Part shown: piece after piece, positions 37,480-49,979 of the stretch
How positions within the stretch are numbered: position 1 is the stretch's first letter
Layout of the letters: each line of letters starts with the position of its first letter
From: Raillietiella orientalis
Taxonomy: Eukaryota
DNA: 64,000 bases
Assembly: GCA_036172245.1 (NCBI GenBank)
Contig: JAYWIR010000025.1
Span: forward strand, 1,178,001-1,242,000
Direction: 5' to 3'
Translations under genes and position numbers: made by a program
The notes under the pieces: model-generated
Told to the model about the DNA's origin: nothing
Databases searched by the model: none
Seen by the model: the letters and a program-made list of their open reading frames with translations, nothing else

Positions 37480-39150
37480 CTGTGCTTTTGCGGTTGGGTA
37501 ATTAATCCATCTTTTGAAGACCTCCTTCCATGTCCATATCCACTTTGGTTTAGTTCTTACAGGGTCTCAGTGTTCTGGGCCATTGCATCATTGATGGGAT
37601 GTCCTGATGTTTGGGTCCACAAGTCGCCCGATTCGGCTCGATGTCTGAAGCAACCATAGGGAGCCTAATTTTGTCGACATATAGCTGCTGAGTTTCCTGT
37701 TCCCTCACATCATCTCTTCATTTTGGTGGTTCCCGAATCCTAGAGGGCTGACTGCTAAGGCTTTGATGGTCACCTGAGCATCTTTCTCGACAAGGAGACG
37801 CTACATTTGTGCATTCTTTCTCAAGAACTTCTGAATGTGTCATGGACGCTCTCTAAGGAGCAGGGTCTAGACTATTTGCGTCCCCCTGCTCAGTGCCGGA
37901 TCTGTGGGGACATTAGAAAATATGGTTTCCATCTTGTTTTTCATCCAGAAGGTTCTCCAAAGATACGAACACTAGAAAGTGTGTCATTCGAGAAGAGCTT
38001 CGGCAGGACTACGAAGGATAGCTGTTTTCATACGGAACCTTCCAGCAAAGTCGCTCCTTCACTGCCATTGTGCTATATTTGCAATAGCTTGGTTGGCAGA
38101 AACTTTTAATCGAAACTAGTTCTTAGAACTGTTTCTTAGTGGATCTTTCCTGTAGCGCAGGAATTCGTCCACTTCCTCCAGCCGGAGAACAAGCTTTTCT
38201 ATGCTTTCTTCGGGAACCGAGACGTGGCTCAGAGATGCACACTTTGAAGCGAGCTTCCGGCTGAAAGAAAAATGTTCCAAGAAAGGATACCGTGCCTCCG
38301 GAATCACTCAGACTTGGAAACGTAGCCCTCATGGATGCCTTCCAAAAATCGTTGCAGTCGTCATTCTTCCCCACTCCAAGACCACTAGCTTCTTTGGTTT
38401 CGGCGGCGCGCATTAAGGGGATCAGGAACAGGCAGGATCTCCCTACAGGAAGGACGCTGCGCAGCAGGAATCCCGGCTTATCCCACCTGACAGATTTTGC
38501 ACAGGAAAGTACAGTGAACTGAAGCCAGAGCTCCAGGTCGTTAATGGAAATTTTACTGCACAAGAGTCTAAAAAGATAACGAATAATCTCGATCCGAGCA
38601 CGAGGCAGAGAAATGGTGCAAAAGAGTACTTTTAGGAATTGAAAATTCCTCTTTCCTAGCAACGCTATGCTAATGCCAAAAATATAAATTACCATCGACT
38701 TTCTACGAAAGTCGATGGTAATTTTTATTTCTACGAAATGGGAATCCATTGTAATTTACAGGTTTTCTTATAAAAAAATGACTCCTGATTGCAAATGCTA
38801 TTTATTTATGGCTGATAGTTCTGATTCTTTAGATCCGGGTTACTCCGAAATGATCAACGGTGTGCAATAGGAAAGCCGAAGAAATGGTCGGTTTCAGGGC
38901 GAAATTCCTTGGTGACATCCCGCCTCCAACTTTTCAATGTCCCTTCCCTACTACCTACTTTTCCCGCTTATGCGCGCCAGAGCAACTTTTCCCGCTTTAC
39001 AATCTCAACGCTTCCTCATGTTGTTGACTAGAAAATCTAAGGTTAGCTTCGCAGTTGAGAAGCATCCACACAGCGTCCACCTTTTGCTGGACCATGGCCT
39101 CTGGCACGTCATCAGGAAAATTTGGAGTGATCAATAACTCAGATTATTGA
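37480..39150 (-). mobile_element. RTE-like LINE relic spanning RT domain 1 to the C-terminus
   Basis: Colinear motifs DVPEAM, GKVALARI, Q-FRP, TVDHF, IDFR, KPGFLL (~KQG.+L), EASGLGVG, LEEVDEF, LWL..SR, KPKWIWTW. Confidence 0.7.
38681..38738. repeat. Perfect 18-bp hairpin (3-nt loop) followed by a direct repeat of the loop region
   Basis: aaattaccatcgactttc (38686-38703)-tac-gaaagtcgatggtaattt (38707-38724). tttctacgaaa occurs at both 38700-38710 and 38728-38738. Confidence 0.95.
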
Positions 39151-39649
39151 ATATCACGTGGAAGATCAGGTAGCATTCCAAATCTGCATGCATTACGTCA
39201 TTCTCTCGCTCGAAATCAATTATAAATCGAATGTAAACGCAATCACTGATAGCTGGAGCATGAGGGAATTGGAGTCAGCAACTAATTAAGTTTCTGCCTT
39301 TCGATGTCCACATGTCTTCCACAAAGCCCTCCCTTCTGCCTCAAGCGAAGTGTTCTAGTCAGAGAACCCTGGATGCGTCCGTACCTGTTGATGTATACCC
39401 GAAAAGGAATCTCAGTCCTCGTGTGGAAAATTTAGAGTGCGACAACTTCATCTCCTAAATGAAGGGATTTTCCCAACATGCTGATGCCTCACGTTGCTCT
39501 TCAAGCCGACACCTGCGGACCACGCCTGGAAGCAGCTACGAATGCTCGCAACTGCTCCCTGTTTACTAGTTTCCAATAATTTCCCGAAATGGACTTAAAT
39601 TGCGAGTTCATAAAGTCATCTCCATTTTAAAATATTCTACACTTTTATA

Positions 39650-39807
39650 GCATTCCAGCATTCATTAACGAAATACACATCTGGCATTTATCTCTCGAGA
39701 AATAATTAGTGCATAAAACGATAGGTGTCACTCACACATATCACAATCTTATATATAGATGGATGGATAGATTGGTACCTTGAATTAATTATTATTCTAT
39801 CTTTTAG

Positions 39808-39842
<35 letters not shown>

Positions 39843-39995
39843 AGACAGAATAATATCTAATTAAATACTAATATATATTAATATGAGTTACATATTTAGA
39901 GTTCCATTAATTTAAATTAAATTCTAACACAGTTTCATGAAAGACTCTCGAATCTTACGGCAATATTTTTATTTCGTAATGTAAAACATGGAATG
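39650..39995. mobile_element. AT-rich palindromic (foldback/MITE-like) element with a central (AC)n(AT)n microsatellite
   Basis: Outer IR cattcca..cattaacgaaata vs tatttcgtaatg..tggaatg and inner IR attattctatctt vs aagacagaataat share one centre (~39822). Confidence 0.5.
39808..39842. repeat. Compound (AC)n(AT)n microsatellite
   Basis: Directly visible. Confidence 0.95.
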
Positions 39996-40049
39996 ATATT
40001 TCAAATTCCCTTCTTTGATCAATAAAGTCAGTCATCTCAATGATTCTAT

Positions 40050-41200
40050 TCTAGCTCAACGGAGGCAGCCACCGGAATGATTGCATGGACGAGGTTCTAG
40101 CAACGTTAGAATGCAGCCTCGCAGAATTCCACGTTGTTTGCAGAGGGAAGAAGGAGATGTCCTCGGGGTGCGTTTCTTTGCAGGATCGTTCGGTCGGCCT
40201 CTTCATCCTTATCTTGGCGAAAGTGCACCACCGAAAGCTGACTCCTGCGGATGCATAAAGAGCCGTAAGTGATTGGCGCAGAGGCGAAAAAGGAATGGAG
40301 CACGATGCCGCGGGAGGATGGGGAGGCGAAAATCGAATTATGAGAGCCAGCCGATGTCTGCTGATGGAGGTTCGCTGTAGAACATCCCGGTCTTGAGGGA
40401 AGCGGAAACGTGCGCTTGTTATTCGATTTCGGAATCCGTTCTCTGGAGCTGCGAACTGGAGAGGAACATAGAAGCGCATCTTCCGCCACTCATCGGACCT
40501 GCATTTCAAAGAGCTTTGGAGGGAAGGAGCTTCAGCGTGCAGCCGCAAACAGAGCATACAAAGAGGCCTCAGAGGGCAGAATAAGAGTTTAGTGGATGCT
40601 TGTTAGCAGTTGATGAAGCAATAGGTTGAGAACTTTGCGATGCCTCGAGAATTCATGAGGAACGGATGCTTCCAGCACTCCTGAGTGCAACGTGCCCTCG
40701 AGGCAGCCGAGGAAGGAGAACAACCCGTTTTCTGTGGATTCGTAACCTCAAGGATGCTCGGCCAGGAGCTCGGGGTATGTTTGAAGGCTCGACGGTCTCT
40801 CATGCAGTGCCTAAAATAAATTGCTTTTGCCTGTTTGAAGATACTGAGACCTGTTTATGGCAAGATCCTGGTCTTTTGCAGAGCAAGTCCGAGGTGGAAC
40901 TTTCGTAAGACCCGCCGTTAGACTACCGATGTTTCGAAAGAGATTATTCAAAGTCTTCGGGATTCGGAGCCAGCGAATGCACTTTATCGTGATGCGGAAA
41001 AAGGAAGCCACGCTTTCCTCCAGAGAGGAAAGATTTCTCGCTTGTCTCTTCCTCCCAAGAAGACATTCATTGCCCCGTTTCTCGAATTCATCATCAGAAA
41101 ATTGCACAGAGCACGTCGGGGAAAAGACATATGGGCACTTGAAATTACATACGTGCAGCGCAGGGAAAGTTTTAAAGTTCTCTTTTCGAAAAGAAGACGC
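40050..41200 (-). mobile_element. RTE-like RT relic
   Basis: WRKAW (~D+.KAY), LRIPKTLNNLFRNI (~GIP..++.+I), RNRITSARFRF (~RI..A...F), ALYAS. Confidence 0.5.
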
Positions 41201-41259
41201 TTCGAATTAATCACCGTTTCGAGAACGAAAGAGAGGAGAGAGAGAGGTGGGGAGAGGAA

Positions 41260-42020
41260 GCAAGGTGCGTTTTTTGTTTGGTTTCACGATAGTCCTTCTG
41301 CTTTTCCTGAATTTTCCTGTGCCTCATTTGTTTCCGTAATTCCTGTCAAGAGGGTGTACCAAAAACTGAGCGCGGAGTCTGCAATCACCTTGCAGAGAGG
41401 CGTGCGACTGCGATCCGGAAGATGCAGGACCAAGGGGAAAAAAACGCGCGCCAGAGCGGTGACTGAACGGCGGATAGCTGCAGAGAATAAGGGAGGAAGC
41501 GCCATTGGGGCGTGCAGCTGCAGAGACACCACGCGTGCAAACCTGTGACAGAATTTCCCACCCCATTCGGGAAGGTTTCTTTCTTTCTTTCTTCGGAAAT
41601 GTTGCGCGTTGAGGGAGCCCGGAATTCCGGAAATCTGGGGGCACCGCCAGTGAACTTGATATGGACTTTCCCCCGCTTAGCGCGGGTCACCTTCGCAGTG
41701 TGCACGAGGTGCCAAAGATCGTGGAATTAAGGAAATTGGGAGTGCTCTCGTTTGTATCGATGCCTCACACGTGGAACAACCCGGGTGGGAAAACTGCCGT
41801 ACCCCGATTGGAAGTCCCGCCACACCCTTTGATGCAGAGATCAAGAGATCGATAGGCACCGACGGATGGATCTTTAGGAAGCATCCTGATCCTCCGAAGT
41901 CGCCTCCAATTGCCAGTAACAATTTTTCTTCTGGAGCTTCCATTTTTGCTGGTCGGAGCCAAGGCTCCAAAATAAGCAACTTACCTCTTTGGAATCGAGG
42001 GTACACCAAAAGTCAGATGC
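41260..42020 (+). mobile_element. RTE-like RT fragment (domains 3-7)
   Basis: WFHDSPSAF, KRVYQK...ITLQRGVRL (~+.RGVRQG), FDAEIKRSIG (~D.EI..RI). Confidence 0.6.
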
Positions 42021-42649
42021 TGTAGCCTCGGATGCAAGCTTGCCTGAAACTGCATCAAGAATCAAATATCAGCCTGCCCAGACAGCCTCTCATTCTTTTT
42101 TTTTTTTTTTTTTTGTTCTTTAGAATTTGATGGTACGGTGCAGTGGATTCGAGGGACGGAAGACCTTTAGAAACGAATGTTGATTTTCGGAGGAATCTCG
42201 TCAAGATCAAAGGTCATGGATGTTTGTGGAGGACGTTAAGAAAGAAACTTCATAGTCGGTAAAGTACCTGATGAATTGGGTGACATGGGGGCTCTGAAAA
42301 CCGTAGGACTGCTGCTGCCTTTCAGGAAACTTTTTCGGATGAAAAGTTGTCTTCTTGACGAAAACAACAAAATTTCATTCCCTCCTTGAATATTTCCAAG
42401 TACTGTTGTAGAAAAAACGAATGGAATTCGAAGACAAACGGAACCATGAAGATTAAGGGGCCATGCCAGAATTAGGTATTAGGAACAAGAATTTACTTTG
42501 ATTAGGACGAGCTGATGTTCAAATGCACTTTTTGCCGTACGAAAAAAGGGCATTTTACGTGAGTTCCCTTGGCATGGCGAGGGCAGAGATGCAATCGAAT
42601 ATGACCAAGGATCGTGGTACTTGAAATGGGAGGAAAAGGACGCGAAACT

Positions 42650-43050
42650 GACAAGCTGCTGATTCGAAACAGAACCCAGCAAGCCAGTGTGTCCGAAGAA
42701 GCTGCGGTGCTTCATAGAGTTCGTCGTGTGAGGAAACTGCCTTCAGATGGATGCAGGTGGAACGAAATGGACACTCTTTTCGATGGAACAACGCAGCAAG
42801 GAATAATGGAGGCATTCCCAGAATGCTTGGTGGACGCAGGTAGGGAAAGCTGCAGATGCGAATGGCAAAAACGCGGGAAAAATTAGGCACTGGAATTCAT
42901 GATGGGAATGTCATTGCCAACTCGGACCCAGTTTTTGCAAAATTGAGTAATAAAGATGTGTGAAAAGGAAGCCCACGGGGAGTTTTCTCGAGAGGGCAAC
43001 TCCTATTCTTGAACACCTCGGGACGGCACAGCAGTTCCAGCCGATCATAA
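42650..43050 (+). mobile_element. LINE RT N-terminal fragment (domains 0-2)
   Basis: VSEEAAVLHRVRRVRKLPSDG, TLFD..QQG..FPECLVDA. Confidence 0.5.
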
Positions 43051-43549
43051 TGGCTCTTAACGGCTGCAACTTAGAAAAAACTTGAGTGCCTGATCTCAGT
43101 TATAACGAGTGCACATTTGGCTTGTGAATAATTAATTAATTCGAATGCCAAGCGCGTGCTTGCTAGCGATGTGATTACATTGAAGACAAATTGTGCCAAG
43201 CAACAAACAGAAAGCAGCAAAGTCTGATGCAATGAATGGAAGCGAAACTGTAGTCATGGATTGCTGGCAGCAATCTCTAGAAGTCAACAAAAATGCATGC
43301 TGTTGATGGTATGGAGGAATGAAACAGGAAAGGGTACTGCTCTGGAGAAGATCCAAGGGATCAACGTGAAAGGTGCGGGTGGCAAAGAGGCAACGGCAAA
43401 GGAAATTTCAGAGAAATACGGCACTTTGGAAGAGTGTTCGCCTTCGCAATTCTCAGGGTGAGTCGGTCTCACAGCAATCGAGTGGGAAGATCTTCCTGAA
43501 AACAGGAGGAGACAAACAAATGGTAGGGGTGATTATCAAAAAAAAAGTG

Positions 43550-44420
43550 ATCCTCAAGCATGAGGCGAAATTTTCTTGTATAATTAGGTCTAAAATGAAC
43601 TTTGGGCACATTAGGTGTCTTCAATTAATTTCTAAATGTCGGACTTGACGAGCTATTGAAAAAAGGAAAAACTTTCAGCGGCATCGATCGATCTAAGCGG
43701 AAACCGCGGTCTCATAGCATCGATCCAGAATGTGCGATCTCAATATTTTAGCCAAATAGAACCTCTCTTCAAGATACTTGTATCGAAGAGTACTTCCTCA
43801 AAAATGCGATTCATTTCACCCCGAGCTGATGCAACGAAAAGGTGTCAAAAACTCGTAGTTAGTGCACCTTGGATGTATTTGTCAGTTGCCTCAGGGATGC
43901 ACAAAATAAATTGAGCAGTGATGCCAGAAAGCAGAAGATATACACGACCAAGAGCTCTCATTTATTTGTAACAGACGCAACCGGAAACAGTGGCAATGGA
44001 TGGATATCAATCATTAGCAATGTGCTACAAATTGGTGCAATGCATCCACGCAAGCTCCAGGAAGAAACTAGAATTTATTGCTTTAAATACGGTGAGCATC
44101 CTTAGCTCGTTTCGTCTGAAAAATCATTACGCAGCTCCAAGAGATTTGTACATCATTTTTGGCATTAAATGATCAGAAAAGTCCCCAGAGAAATATGGGG
44201 ATAATAGGAAAGGCACTTGGAAAATCAAAATACAGTTCTACTGGCATCTGCTCACTTGTAACGGCTCGTGCTGATGTATTTAGAAATCATGTGATGAATA
44301 GAAGCAGAAGATTGACGTTTCAGTGCCCTGAAAAACTTTGGAGTGTGAGAGCTTTGCTTCCAGTCGGGAAAGCCGTGTCAGGACCAAATGTGTCCCTAAT
44401 TATCTTAAAATTGAGAAGGC
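43550..44420 (+). mobile_element. RTE-like RT fragment
   Basis: RKGVKNS/VSAPWMY (~GVKQGCV.AP.LF), IYCFKYG (~FKYLG), NMGIIGKALGK, ECES. Confidence 0.5.
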
Positions 44421-44729
44421 CCGCAACAGATACCCAGACACTATTTTCATAAAAAGTTCATGCATCCGTGAGATTTGGAAAATGTGCGAATGAACACATC
44501 GATTGGATACCCAAAACTCGCAGAAATTTTTCAGGTGCGAAGCCTCGCCTTTGTCTACGACCACACGTCATTCCCTCCCCTTTTGGATGGACGTTTCTCA
44601 GGTTTTATATTGCTATGCGTTTTCCCATCTTCATGCTAAAGAAAAATGCCGTATCGATGAATTTATGAATACGGATGTTCCGTGTCTCCAGTCGATGCTG
44701 AGCAAGCATTGCATTGAACGAATCTTGGG

Positions 44730-45080
44730 GTGCTGCGTCTAGTGGACCCGGTGATGAGAGAGGAGCATGCAAGCCATGGAAACACGCCGGAACAATCTTC
44801 CATTTTGCACGAATTTGCGTCCGAAGAAGAGAAAATGGAAACGACTGCTCCCTGTCGAGGCGATGGCTTGCAAAAATGCTCGGCTTGGCAGTATGTTCGG
44901 CTTTTTATACGCTCGGACGACGGGCACTCGTTGGACTTTTGCGCTCAAGTCTCTCAACCTGTAGCTGCCTTACTTGTGCTGAGACCAATCCTTTCCCTTT
45001 TCTCTTTGACGAGATTTATGCTACAGATGCCGCTGCATCGCAAAGGACACGCGATAAGCACTGGACCGCTTATTCCAAGT
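44730..45080 (+). mobile_element. LINE RT fragment
   Basis: LVDPVMREEH...TPEQSSIL (~P.+..EQ.GF..ST.+Q), GHSLDF...VLRPILSLF. Confidence 0.45.
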
Positions 45081-45799
45081 AAAGCAAAGGTTTGTGTCGC
45101 CCGGCATGAGGCCACTGTCTGCTTCACATGATGTTCCGCCAAAGTTGACCAGATTCAAGTTACAGGAAGACGAAGAAAAAAAAAACTATGGGGAAGAACT
45201 TGCATTCTCATTTTTCCATTGAGACAGTTCCCGAAGCCAGTCTGAAAGCCTCGTTGTAGAAGGGATTCCAGACCACGATGAAATCCGCATTAGCTAAGAG
45301 CTGCTGGGTATGTACGAGTACTGGCGGAGTATCCGAACGTGTCCTTCAAGTTTTGCTCTTGGCTCGCTTGTTCCCTCGCAGCCTACTGAGGATGCCTACG
45401 GACCCCAAGGAGAGCATTGGAACTGCATCCGGATAATACGCTTGAGTTTTCCTTTTGCTTGACCAACTCTTCCTGCAAGCCTTCCGAGGATTCCAGACTT
45501 CATGCCCGGCTGTTCATTCCCAATCTGAGGGAACGACTTTTCTGGAAAGAAGTCGTTTTCTGGAAAAAAGACCTTGGAAAAATTGCTGCGCCTTTTCTTT
45601 CCCGTTGATCCTAACCTCCTCTGAGATGCCGTTCTAAAAAGGAGAGGAGAGCGGTGATAAGTGGCAGCCGGAAGAAGTTTTCCAAAGCGAGCTGATGTTG
45701 ACTCTGGAGAGAGGAAGCCCGAAACCACAAAGGGGAGGGGATGGAAATCAAGGGTATCGACCTAGTAAGGCATCGAAGAAGAGGTGGCAAAAGGGGAGT

Positions 45800-46420
45800 T
45801 AAGTAAGATGAAGATGATAGGTATCGTTCATATCAAAGCAAAACTAAATGAAGAAGGTCGTCCAAGACTCGGATGTTGACGAGCAAAGAGAAATTGGTGC
45901 CAGATGCACAAATGGACCCGTTCAGCTTAGACGTGGGGTGTTTGAGGTTTCTTGTTTGTGCTCACTGATGGAAAAGGAGTGGTTTTTTTTTTTTTCTTGA
46001 GGAGGAAGAGTTTATGTGCAGCAACTAAGGGAAGTATTAATTTACGGAGAGCAGTTAGGAATGTTTAATTTTAAAGTTATTTCAGATGAGGCATGCAATC
46101 AATGAGGGATTACACGATAGAATGCTTTGATTATTACGAGCAAGGAGTGGGAATCTTGTGCTGGAGAGTAGGGATGAGGAGTTTGGCAATTTTTCGGCTG
46201 AAGTCAACAACCGAAATACCTCGTACTCGCGTGAGAACAAAAGGTGAAGCATCTTCATTGTACTCACCTGTTTTTTCCGAGTTCCATTCCTTATCTTCCA
46301 CCAGCAGATGAAACGGATCGAGACTCCAGTTTCACCGAAGCCATTTGGTTTGATGCGCCTGTCAAAACGCTAATTTTTGTGTGTGCTTCTTCCACAATTT
46401 CTAGATATCTTACTCACGTG
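45800..46420 (+). mobile_element. APE-endonuclease N-terminal fragment
   Basis: SLDVGCL (~+D++.L.E), QGVGIL, TLIFVCASST (~+I.+YAPT). Confidence 0.45.
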
Positions 46421-46599
46421 CAAAGCCTCCAAACACCTGCAAGTACTTCTGTCGAACGCATTGACAGTACTCGCTTCGTTAAGGAAGCTTCAGAAAGCTA
46501 GATGAATGATAGTTTTCCGGATCCTTGCATCCAGTCATGAAGCTGAAGCTGCAACGCAATAAGGAGATTGTGGCGTGTTTGCTCTCTTGACTCTTAGAG

Positions 46600-47150
46600 A
46601 AGATACACTGGGAAGCTGCTTCAGTACCATGGAGGTAATGTAGGCGGACATCGAGACTAAGCACGTACATAGGAGACGAGGATGGACAAGATGTTCTTGA
46701 TTTTTCGGCCTTCATGAAATCTATTCGCTTCTTTGAAGGATCTCGTTGATAACATGAGCGAAAACCCGGGCAAGCTGATCTTTCGCGGAAGTCATCGCGG
46801 AAGAAGGACGAGTTGCAAACGCTCCCACTCAATCTTCTCTGACAAGTGTGAACAAGCACCGGTTGGCGTTCAAATCTCTAAAAGTCCATTGCCGGAAAAG
46901 AGTAGGATGGTCCATGCAGTCAAAAAGGAAACCCTCAAGGGAAAGCGCAAAAGTGAAGGTGGCTGGCTCCCTTGATCGCTCTGGGCAAGGGGAAGAGTTT
47001 GCGAAGCTGCAAGCTCCATCGAAGAACCACTCGACCATTTATAATTCCACTGACATGAATGCAACTCGGCGAAGCTGAACAGTGGACGTTCAGGTGAGCC
47101 CGAAATGGAACATTTCAAGAGCACTTGGCTTATCATGCCCGTGAGCGAAG
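46600..47150 (-). mobile_element. LINE RT fragment (domains 1-3)
   Basis: PGFRSC, SPMYVLSLDVRLHY (~P+Y+.++D+.KAY). Confidence 0.45.
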
Positions 47151-47199
47151 TCGACTCCAATAAAGAAGTTTGGAGAATTGGTCTGAAGGAAACTTTGAT

Positions 47200-47450
47200 T
47201 CAAACGGATTTCCTTTTTGGTTGAATTTCTACACTTGTGGTTAAGGATTTCCCGACGGGTAAAGTAACTCGAAATAGCACAGGAAATGGAGCACTTGGAA
47301 GCCGTTGGGTCCCTGAATTAATTTCTGGAAGTACGAGAGCGTCCACACTGTCTTCTTTCCTTATTGAGCAAATGCATGCGTCCCCAATAATCCCTCTTTC
47401 GATACGTGACGTTCCGGTGTTTTCTTGCTTTGAGACGATAGGACTCATTT
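47200..47450 (-). mobile_element. LINE RT fragment (domains 4-5)
   Basis: TGTSRIERGII, EINSGTQRLPSAPF. Confidence 0.35.
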
Positions 47451-48559
47451 TCCACGCTTTCCTGCCTTTCCAGCATCAGCAGCCATCTAAAGAATAGCAT
47501 GAAATGAAACTTCGACGGTTGTACCTGAAAGATGCTAGTGTTTCAGAGCTCCCAGATCATGAATTGCCATTTGCTATCACCAAAAACAATTGTTTTGGTG
47601 ATAGAAGATGCCACTTCAAGCATTCGCTTGTTCTGCGGCTGTTCTTATTTTTGAATGGATGCAACGCTACGATTTTCCATGAGGCTGCGGTGTGCTTCGG
47701 GCGAACACCGGGAGGCTGGGTGTGCATCAAACGTCCACCTCGTGTTGAATCCAGAGCACAAAAGATCAAATGCGGGCAATGGTGGTGGTATTCGAATATC
47801 CCCTCGCCGGCTCGAGCGTTTCCATGGAGAAACTGGGCCCCGGTATGCGCATGCGCGTCGCCCCGGAATACTCAGAAATCACTACTGATGAGAGCTGCCA
47901 GGGTGAACGCCCCCAAAATGAAACAGCGGAAGAGGATTAGAGCTCACTAGAAATCCCGAGAACGGATTTACTCCCAAACTGGGAAGTGGGAAAAAAAATC
48001 ACATATTTGTAAATATGCAAAGCATTTATCGTTTTCATAAATCACAGCATCTCCAAGCAGCTCTCTCATAGAGATACGATTGCAAATGTTATATATTTCT
48101 TCACAGGGATGGTACCGTTAAATATGTTTTATTAAATAATAAATAATTTTATATAGTAGTGTGTTAATGATTATTGAAATTAAATTAAACGTGATCACAG
48201 TTAAGGATAAATTAAATACCATAAAGCAATAAAAAAAATTGTTTTTATCAAAAATTCAAGAGTAAATTTGAGAATGAATTCCTCAAAATAGCAAACTTGG
48301 GCACATCGTTCCCTATTTCACCACGAAAATTCTCAATTTTCAATGGGTTTCCACCGCAAGTTAAATTCTAAATGCTTTCTTCGCTCCTACACTTTCAGCT
48401 CGCAAGTTCCAGAAACGAAGCAGCCGTGAAAGATGAAGCGAGAAACCTTTAGAAAAGATGCCAACTCTTCTAAAAAGAGGAAAGCTACCGCATCCTTGCG
48501 TCGCCTCGTGGTCCCTAAACGGGCGGAGGAAACTGCCCTTCGTCTCTATTGCAACTTCC

Positions 48560-49000
48560 TGCAAAAAAAGTTAAATTGAAAGGGACCGCTGGCGCTACGA
48601 CCTTGCAGTGACTTGCAATGATTCATTGCGATCGTCTTTCCATTTGAACAAGCAGCCGCGCCAGTTCTGGAAGCGACCACCCTGCCCCCAATCGTTGCAG
48701 TGAACGAGGTGAGCTCTTTGCAGTGAACCAAGGAAGGCTCTTGAAATGAGTCCAAGATCATGGATTGGCGCAGGTTTTTTCGAAGCAGAGAAATCTCTGA
48801 ACTTTTGGGGGTCACGTTGCCCTTTACTGGAGTTCCCTCCAAAACGAGCTGACTCTGTTCTTCCACCAAGAGAATCCACTCGGATACCAAACACGATTGT
48901 GCGTGAGGCTTGGACGGAGAATCTTCTCGAAATTTTATGGCCTTACGGAACAACGAAATCCGTCACCAAATCCAATTCTATGGAACGTTGGGTCTTCCAG
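48560..49000 (+). mobile_element. CR1/Jockey-like RT fragment (domains 5-7)
   Basis: GPLAL, Q*TKEGS*NESK, LNF-LGVTL. Confidence 0.35.
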
Positions 49001-49979
49001 GTGAACAGGCCAGCATTTGGTTCCTGTCCGAAAAGAAATCGAATTTTATTTCTGGAGACTCTCGGGTAAATTGCTCGCTCCGGAGATGAATAATGACTCT
49101 TATGAACATAATGAACACGAGTTTGGGAGGAGTTCCGAGCTAGATGCCGTAGCTACAGATTGCATCACGTTCTACCAGAGATCCCAAGCCACGGACCATT
49201 ATGTAGTTTACAAACATCAATATAAATTGTGCTTCCTTCCTTTAGCTTTAGAGGCGGAAAGACTTGGAGATTTTCAAGTTTCATCTTCAGTTTACAGAAT
49301 GCGTGAACAAAAGGGGCGGACACCAGCAGAACACAGGGGTGGGGAATACGCGTGCACATAGTGTCGTGAATTGTCCTGTCTCCGAGGCTGAAATCGCCGC
49401 TCCGATGAAACTTGGAATCTCCACTTTCAAATAAGAAAAAGAACGCTCGCATTCTTACGGAAACCCGGAAACTGAATGCACGCCTCTTCTGCTGGACCAA
49501 AAGTGACCTTCATTTTGGTGAAAGTTTGGTAGCCAGCCGGACACCCGAACGAAGTGCACGGTTGTGAACTCGAGCAAAAAAGAGGGTCCTTTGCTCTTGA
49601 AACGCACAAACAGAGAGCCTGAGAACCTTTCGGGGGCGTCTTCATTTGTGAAGAGTCACCGAAAACATCCTTTCTCTATAACACCCGATCCGAAGCTGAT
49701 GCACCGATCTTCCGAAGTATCTTCCGATGCTCGATATTCTTCGTAGAGCTCGAAGGATAAGGTCCTTCGTCCCTTCTCTTCGCCATGGTGTCTTTGAAGC
49801 ATCACATACCACTCATAGGTAGCGCAGCTGGAGAAAGAGAACGGTACTTAAAACCAGTACACGGAAATTCACTTAGTTTCATCGAAATTAAGACTCGCCC
49901 TTTGACGGGCCTTTGGTGCTTCAAAGGATATTTTTTCGATCGGAATGCGCGTCGACTTGAGAAAAAGCTTGAGAAAATA

